NCBI GenBank assembly: GCA_902471875.1
Contig: CABRLN010000004.1
Location: 7,678-71,677 of the forward strand
Source of the DNA: an uncultured Clostridium sp.
GTDB taxonomy: Bacteria; Bacillota; Clostridia; Oscillospirales; Acutalibacteraceae
Direction of reading: 5' to 3'
Length of the DNA stretch: 64,000 nt
Shown: positions 60,576 through 64,000 of the stretch, piece by piece
Layout of the letters: each line of letters starts with the position of its first letter
Numbering within the stretch: the stretch's first letter is position 1
Notes under the pieces: generated by a model
Seen by the model: the letters and a program-made list of their open reading frames with translations, nothing else
Databases searched by the model: none
Told to the model about the DNA's origin: nothing
Program-made: the position numbers and the translations under genes

Positions 60576-60859
60576 ATGCAGTGTAAAGCCTTGATGAAGT
60601 AAGAGAAAATATTGACAGAATAGATGATGAAATTATTAAATTAATTGCAGAACGGGGAAATTATGTTGCACAGGCGTCTGCGTTTAAGAAGGACGAAAAA
60701 GATGTTAAGGCGCCAAACAGAGTAGAAGCAGTTATTGCTAAAGTTAAAAATAAGGCAATAATTTACGGTGTTGACCCGGATTTGGCAGAAGCACTGTACA
60801 AAGAAATAATTTCACATTTTATAAATATGGAGCTTAATGAGTTTAATAAAGAAAAATAA
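60576..60859 (+). pseudogene. AroQ-type chorismate mutase, apparently disrupted by a 1-nt frameshift near the 5' end
   Basis: AAGGAG SD plus ATG 60576 give MQCKALMK-stop. From 60587, in the -1 frame, the sequence reads SLDEVRENIDRIDDEIIKLIAERGNYVAQASAFKKDEKDVKAPNRVEAVIAKVKNKAIIYGVDPDLAEALYKEIISHFINMELNEF, stopping at 60857-60859. That is a typical helical chorismate mutase. No start codon exists in that frame before the distal ATG. Confidence 0.8.
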
Positions 60860-60888
60860 ATAATATACAATAAGCACGAAAGCACGGC

Positions 60889-60917
60889 TTGACAAAAAAG
60901 TAACGTAATGCTACAAT
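60889..60917 (+). promoter_or_regulatory. Sigma-A promoter P1 upstream of rpmG-secE-nusG
   Basis: TTGACA, 17-nt spacer, TACAAT. Confidence 0.7.
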
Positions 60918-60951
60918 AATCAAAAGATTTTTCAAAATATGTAAAAAAGTC

Positions 60952-60980
60952 TTGACTAAACTTTTCTTATGTGATATAGT
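60952..60980 (+). promoter_or_regulatory. Sigma-A promoter P2 (extended -10) upstream of rpmG
   Basis: TTGACT, 17-nt spacer ending in TGa, then TATAGT. Confidence 0.7.
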
Positions 60981-61066
60981 ATATTTACCTCGGAAAAAAG
61001 GGGCTTATTTTTTTGTGTCCATTTTTGAGGGAGGCTAAATTTACCGCAATATCGGAGGTGCCGTTA

Positions 61067-61216
61067 ATGAGAGTTAAAGTAACATTAGCTTGTACAGAGT
61101 GCAAACAGCGCAATTACAACACAATGAAAAACAAGAAAAACGATCCTGAGAGATTGGAAATGAAGAAGCATTGCAGATTCTGCAATAAGCACACTCTTCA
61201 CAAGGAGACAAAATAA
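61067..61216 (+). CDS. rpmG: 50S ribosomal protein L33
   Basis: [51 protein letters not shown]. The track ORF start at 61013 is a spurious 5' extension. Confidence 0.96.
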   Translation: MRVKVTLACTECKQRNYNTMKNKKNDPERLEMKKHCRFCNKHTLHKETK

Positions 61217-61234
61217 TAACGGAGGTATAAGGTT

Positions 61235-61486
61235 ATGGCTGAGAAGGTCGAAAAAAAGACTGTCAAGAAAAAAGATAAGAAGCCTAACATTTTTGCGAGA
61301 ATTGCAAAATACTTTCGTGAATGCAAAGCAGAAATAAGGAAGATTACATGGCCTACACCAAGAGCTGTTTTTAAGAATGTAGGTATAGTTCTTGTAATTA
61401 TTATTGTTATGGGACTCTTTATTTTTGCATTGGATCGAGGTCTTTTCGCATTGCTGAATCTTGTTATGGAAACATCAGCAGGCTAA
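61235..61486 (+). CDS. secE: Preprotein translocase subunit SecE
   Basis: Basic N-terminus, EIRKITWPT motif, single C-terminal TM. Canonical position before nusG. Confidence 0.93.
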   Translation: MAEKVEKKTVKKKDKKPNIFARIAKYFRECKAEIRKITWPTPRAVFKNVGIVLVIIIVMGLFIFALDRGLFALLNLVMETSAG

Positions 61487-61509
61487 ATTGCGTGAGAGGA
61501 TGATGTGCA

Positions 61510-62034
61510 ATGTCAGAAGAAGCAAAATGGTATGTTGTTCACACCTACTCAGGTTATGAGAACAAAGTCGCTTCTACATTGGAGAAAACTGTTGAAAACA
61601 GAAATCTTCAAGACGTTATCCAAGGTGTAAAAGTGCCTACGGAAATTGTTACAGAGATTGGTGACAATGGCGTAGCAAAGGAAGTAGAGCGTAAGCTTTA
61701 CCCGGGATATGTATTTATTAAGATGGTATATACAGATGAAACATGGTATGTTGTACGAAATATTCGCGGTTGTACCGGTTTTGTAGGACCATCGTCTAAG
61801 CCTGTTCCGCTCACAAATGAAGAAGTTATTAAAATGGGCGTAGAGGTTAAGAGTGTAGAGGTTTCTTACAGCGTTGGTGATTCGGTAAGAATTATAGACG
61901 GTCCTTTGGAGGATTTTGTAGGCGTTGTTGAAGAGATTGATACCGACAAAAACATAGTAAAGGTAACTGTTTCTATGTTTGGAAGAGAAACTCCTGTTGA
62001 TTTAGAGCTTGGTCAAGCTGAACCACTGGAGTAA
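61510..62034 (+). CDS. nusG: Transcription termination/antitermination factor NusG
   Basis: WYVVHTYSGYENKV, PGYVFIKM, C-terminal KOW motif GDSVRIIDGPLEDFVGVVEEID. Confidence 0.97.
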   Translation: MSEEAKWYVVHTYSGYENKVASTLEKTVENRNLQDVIQGVKVPTEIVTEIGDNGVAKEVERKLYPGYVFIKMVYTDETWYVVRNIRGCTGFVGPSSKPVPLTNEEVIKMGVEVKSVEVSYSVGDSVRIIDGPLEDFVGVVEEIDTDKNIVKVTVSMFGRETPVDLELGQAEPLE

Positions 62035-62163
62035 AAACAACACTGATAATCTGTTTTACACAGTTATTATTGAAATGAGGGATTTTAATAATCCCTTGTG
62101 GGAGGAATGTAAATTTTTCAAAACATTCCGCCATATACCACGAATTATGGAGGTGCAAAAATA

Positions 62164-62589
62164 ATGGCTCAAAAGGTTGTTGGCTTTATTAAGCTGCAAA
62201 TACCTGCCGGTAAAGCTACCCCGGCACCACCAGTTGGTCCTGCACTAGGTCAGCATGGTGTAAACATTATGGCGTTCACAAAGGAATTTAATGAGCGTAC
62301 AAAAAATGACATTGGTATGATTATACCTGTTGTTATTACAGTTTATGCAGATCGTTCTTTCTCATTTATTACAAAGACACCACCTGCAGCTGTACTAATT
62401 AAAAAGGCATGTAACATCCAGAGCGGTTCAGGCGTGCCTAACAAAACTAAAGTTGCAAAGATTACCCGTGAGCAGGTTAAGCAGATTGCTGAGCAGAAAA
62501 TGCCAGACTTAAATGCTGCTAATATCGATACAGCAATAAGCATGATTGCTGGTACAGCTCGTAGTATGGGCGTTGAAGTAGTCGATTGA
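62164..62589 (+). CDS. rplK: 50S ribosomal protein L11
   Basis: [32 protein letters not shown]. Confidence 0.98.
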   Translation: MAQKVVGFIKLQIPAGKATPAPPVGPALGQHGVNIMAFTKEFNERTKNDIGMIIPVVITVYADRSFSFITKTPPAAVLIKKACNIQSGSGVPNKTKVAKITREQVKQIAEQKMPDLNAANIDTAISMIAGTARSMGVEVVD

Positions 62590-62648
62590 TCTAACTGCCC
62601 AGGTGGGAGGAAAAGATCCGATTTTACCACTTTATAGGGAGGAACACA

Positions 62649-63356
62649 ATGAAACACGGAAAGAAATATGTTGACAGTGCTAAGCTGATTGACAGAACAA
62701 AGTTTTATGATGCTGATGAAGCATTGGATTTAGTTGTAAAGACATCAACTGCAAAGTTTGATGAAACAGTTGAAGTACATGTAAAGCTTGGTGTTGATAG
62801 CCGTCATGCTGACCAGCAGGTTAGAGGAGCTATTGTATTGCCAAACGGTACAGGTAAAAATGTAAAGGTTCTTGCTGTATGTAAGGGCGACAATGTAAAA
62901 CTTGCAGAGGAAGCAGGTGCTGACTTTGTAGGTGCCGAGGAAATGACACAGAAGATTCAGTCAGAGGGTTGGATGGATTTTGATGTTCTTATTACAACAC
63001 CTGATATGATGGGTCTTGTAGGTCGTCTGGGTAAAATCCTGGGTCCTCGTGGTTTAATGCCAAACCCTAAGGCTGGTACTGTAACACCTGACATTGCTAA
63101 AGCTGTTAAAGAAGCTAAGGCAGGTAAAATTGAGTATCGTCTTGACAAAACTAATATTATTCACTGTCCAATCGGTAAGTCATCTTTCGGTAAAGAAAAG
63201 TTAGTTGAAAACTTTAATACTTTACTGGAGGCTATTGTAAAAGCTAAGCCGGCTGCTGCAAAGGGTCAGTACATTAAATCTTGTGCTGTTACAAGCACAA
63301 TGGGTCCTGGTGTTCGCATTAACCCTAACAAGGTTGGCGGTCAGACAGAGGGCTGA
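62649..63356 (+). CDS. rplA: 50S ribosomal protein L1
   Basis: HGKKY...[23 protein letters not shown]...[16 protein letters not shown]. Confidence 0.98.
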   Translation: MKHGKKYVDSAKLIDRTKFYDADEALDLVVKTSTAKFDETVEVHVKLGVDSRHADQQVRGAIVLPNGTGKNVKVLAVCKGDNVKLAEEAGADFVGAEEMTQKIQSEGWMDFDVLITTPDMMGLVGRLGKILGPRGLMPNPKAGTVTPDIAKAVKEAKAGKIEYRLDKTNIIHCPIGKSSFGKEKLVENFNTLLEAIVKAKPAAAKGQYIKSCAVTSTMGPGVRINPNKVGGQTEG

Positions 63357-63552
63357 TAAAAACAAATCCTTTACTTTATGTAATGGTATATATGCTGTTC
63401 TAAGACAGCAGGTGTATTGCACATAACAGGAAGTTACCTACCTGCCGAGGACAAGTCAGTATGACAATATACAGTCGTTCTGTGCCTTTCCTCGCAAATG
63501 GAAAGGCACTTTTTGTTGCATAACACCTATTACTTTATGGAGGTGAACTATT
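63357..63552 (+). ncRNA. rplJ (L10) leader with internal attenuator hairpin
   Basis: 196-nt untranslated region between rplA and rplJ. It contains GTGCCTTTCC-8 nt-GGAAAGGCAC plus T5 at 63482-63514. Position and layout match the L10(L12)4-controlled attenuation leader known in Bacillus. Confidence 0.65.
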
Positions 63553-64000
63553 TTGGCAAGTGAAAAGGTTCTTGAACAAAAGAAAGCATTAGTTGCTGAT
63601 CTTACAGAAAGACTACAGAACTCTATTGCAGGTATTGTAGTTAAGTATGAAGGTATTACTGTAGAAGACGACACACAGCTTCGTAAAGAGCTAAGAGAGG
63701 CTGGCGTTAAGTACACAGTTGTAAAGAACACAATGTTATCAAGAGCTGCTGACAACGCAGGTCTTGCTGATATGAAGGAAGTGCTGGAGGGCACAACTGC
63801 TCTTGCAACTTCTGACGAAGATTATGTAGCTGCTGCTCGTATTCTTTGTAAGTTTGCAGATTCTCATGACAATTTTGAGGTTAAGACAGGTTATATGGAT
63901 AATGCCATTATTGATATGGATAAAATCCAGAGTCTGGCTAAGTTGCCATCTCGTGAGGTACTTCTTGCTAATGTACTTGGTGCATTCCAGGCACCTATTG
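63553..64000 (+). CDS. rplJ: 50S ribosomal protein L10, 3'-truncated by window edge
   Basis: TTG start 7 nt after GGAGGTG. The translation (start codon)ASEKVLEQKKALVADLTERLQNSIAGIVVKYEGITVEDDTQLRKELREAGVKYTVVKNTM is typical of L10. The frame is open to the window end, so it is missing from the ORF track. Confidence 0.92.
   Translation, partial: MASEKVLEQKKALVADLTERLQNSIAGIVVKYEGITVEDDTQLRKELREAGVKYTVVKNTMLSRAADNAGLADMKEVLEGTTALATSDEDYVAAARILCKFADSHDNFEVKTGYMDNAIIDMDKIQSLAKLPSREVLLANVLGAFQAPI

Noticed and set aside
60585-60590. Programmed -1 ribosomal frameshifting to express the chorismate mutase.
   Set aside because: The would-be slip site (T-AAA-G) does not allow re-pairing of tRNA-Lys in the -1 frame, which reads TAA. 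There is no heptameric slippery motif or downstream stimulatory structure. A sequencing error or a true frameshift mutation is more likely.
61013-61066. 5' extension of the rpmG ORF ([10 protein letters not shown]...).
   Set aside because: L33 begins at MRVKVTLAC with a GGAGGTG SD. The extension covers the 5' UTR.
62035-62163. Two small hairpins upstream of rplK (GAGGGATT/AATCCCTT and GGAATGT/ACATTCC), considered as an L1-binding autoregulatory leader.
   Set aside because: This is plausible by position, but I cannot match it by eye to the L1-stalk mimic motif. I am leaving it uncalled until a covariance-model search is run.
1-64000. Window-wide scan for CRISPR arrays, tRNA or rRNA genes, IS elements, integrases, prophage genes or toxin-antitoxin pairs.
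   Set aside because: I found no direct-repeat/spacer arrays, no cloverleaf-like sequences in the intergenic regions, and no ORF with transposase, recombinase or phage signatures. Every long ORF is accounted for by the calls above.

Overview
This is a low-GC Bacillota chromosomal segment that looks like a spore-forming Clostridia genome (SpoIIID, T-box regulation, AT-rich codon use, A/V-type ATPase). I call about 64 protein genes, almost all in recognisable housekeeping operons. In order they are: a V-type ATPase operon (I-K-F-E-A-B-D, 5' end cut by the window); a convergent RR-HK-HtrA envelope-stress operon; spoIIID; rsgA-thiN; an ECF sigma factor coupled to a DUF2461 gene; pgm; yaiI-fkbM; asparaginase; copA-csoR; rpmE; yigZ; dgt-dnaG-rpoD; a CNNM/CorC gene; a five-gene tyrosine phosphatase/kinase cluster; dut, a U32 peptidase and zapA; rimP-nusA-ylxR-L7Ae-infB-rbfA-nrnA-truB; patatin, DHHW, YdcF and amidohydrolase genes; a T-box-controlled trpEGDCFBA operon followed by a frameshifted chorismate mutase; and rpmG-secE-nusG-rplK-rplA-rplJ (3' end cut). 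I saw no rRNA or tRNA genes, CRISPR arrays, transposases, integrases or phage genes. The best candidate for an undescribed system is at 32.6-38.1 kb. It is a self-contained cassette of a CpsB-type PHP tyrosine phosphatase, two tandem fused Wzz/BY-kinase paralogs with very Tyr/Gly-rich tails, and two membrane-anchored Ig-like (DUF5011-like) proteins that bracket the kinases. No glycosyltransferase, flippase or polymerase gene lies on either flank. Other points worth a second look:
- an HtrA protease with an N/Q-rich N-terminal domain encoded by four near-identical 42-nt tandem repeats;
- an ECF sigma factor with a Cys-rich C-terminal extension, with no intergenic gap before a DUF2461 gene and no anti-sigma gene;
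- a CopA with an extra C-terminal CopZ-like domain that has its own internal SD and ATG;
- a chorismate mutase gene broken by a 1-nt shift at an A-run just after trpA.
All calls rest on reading the sequence and the supplied translations. No database searches were run.
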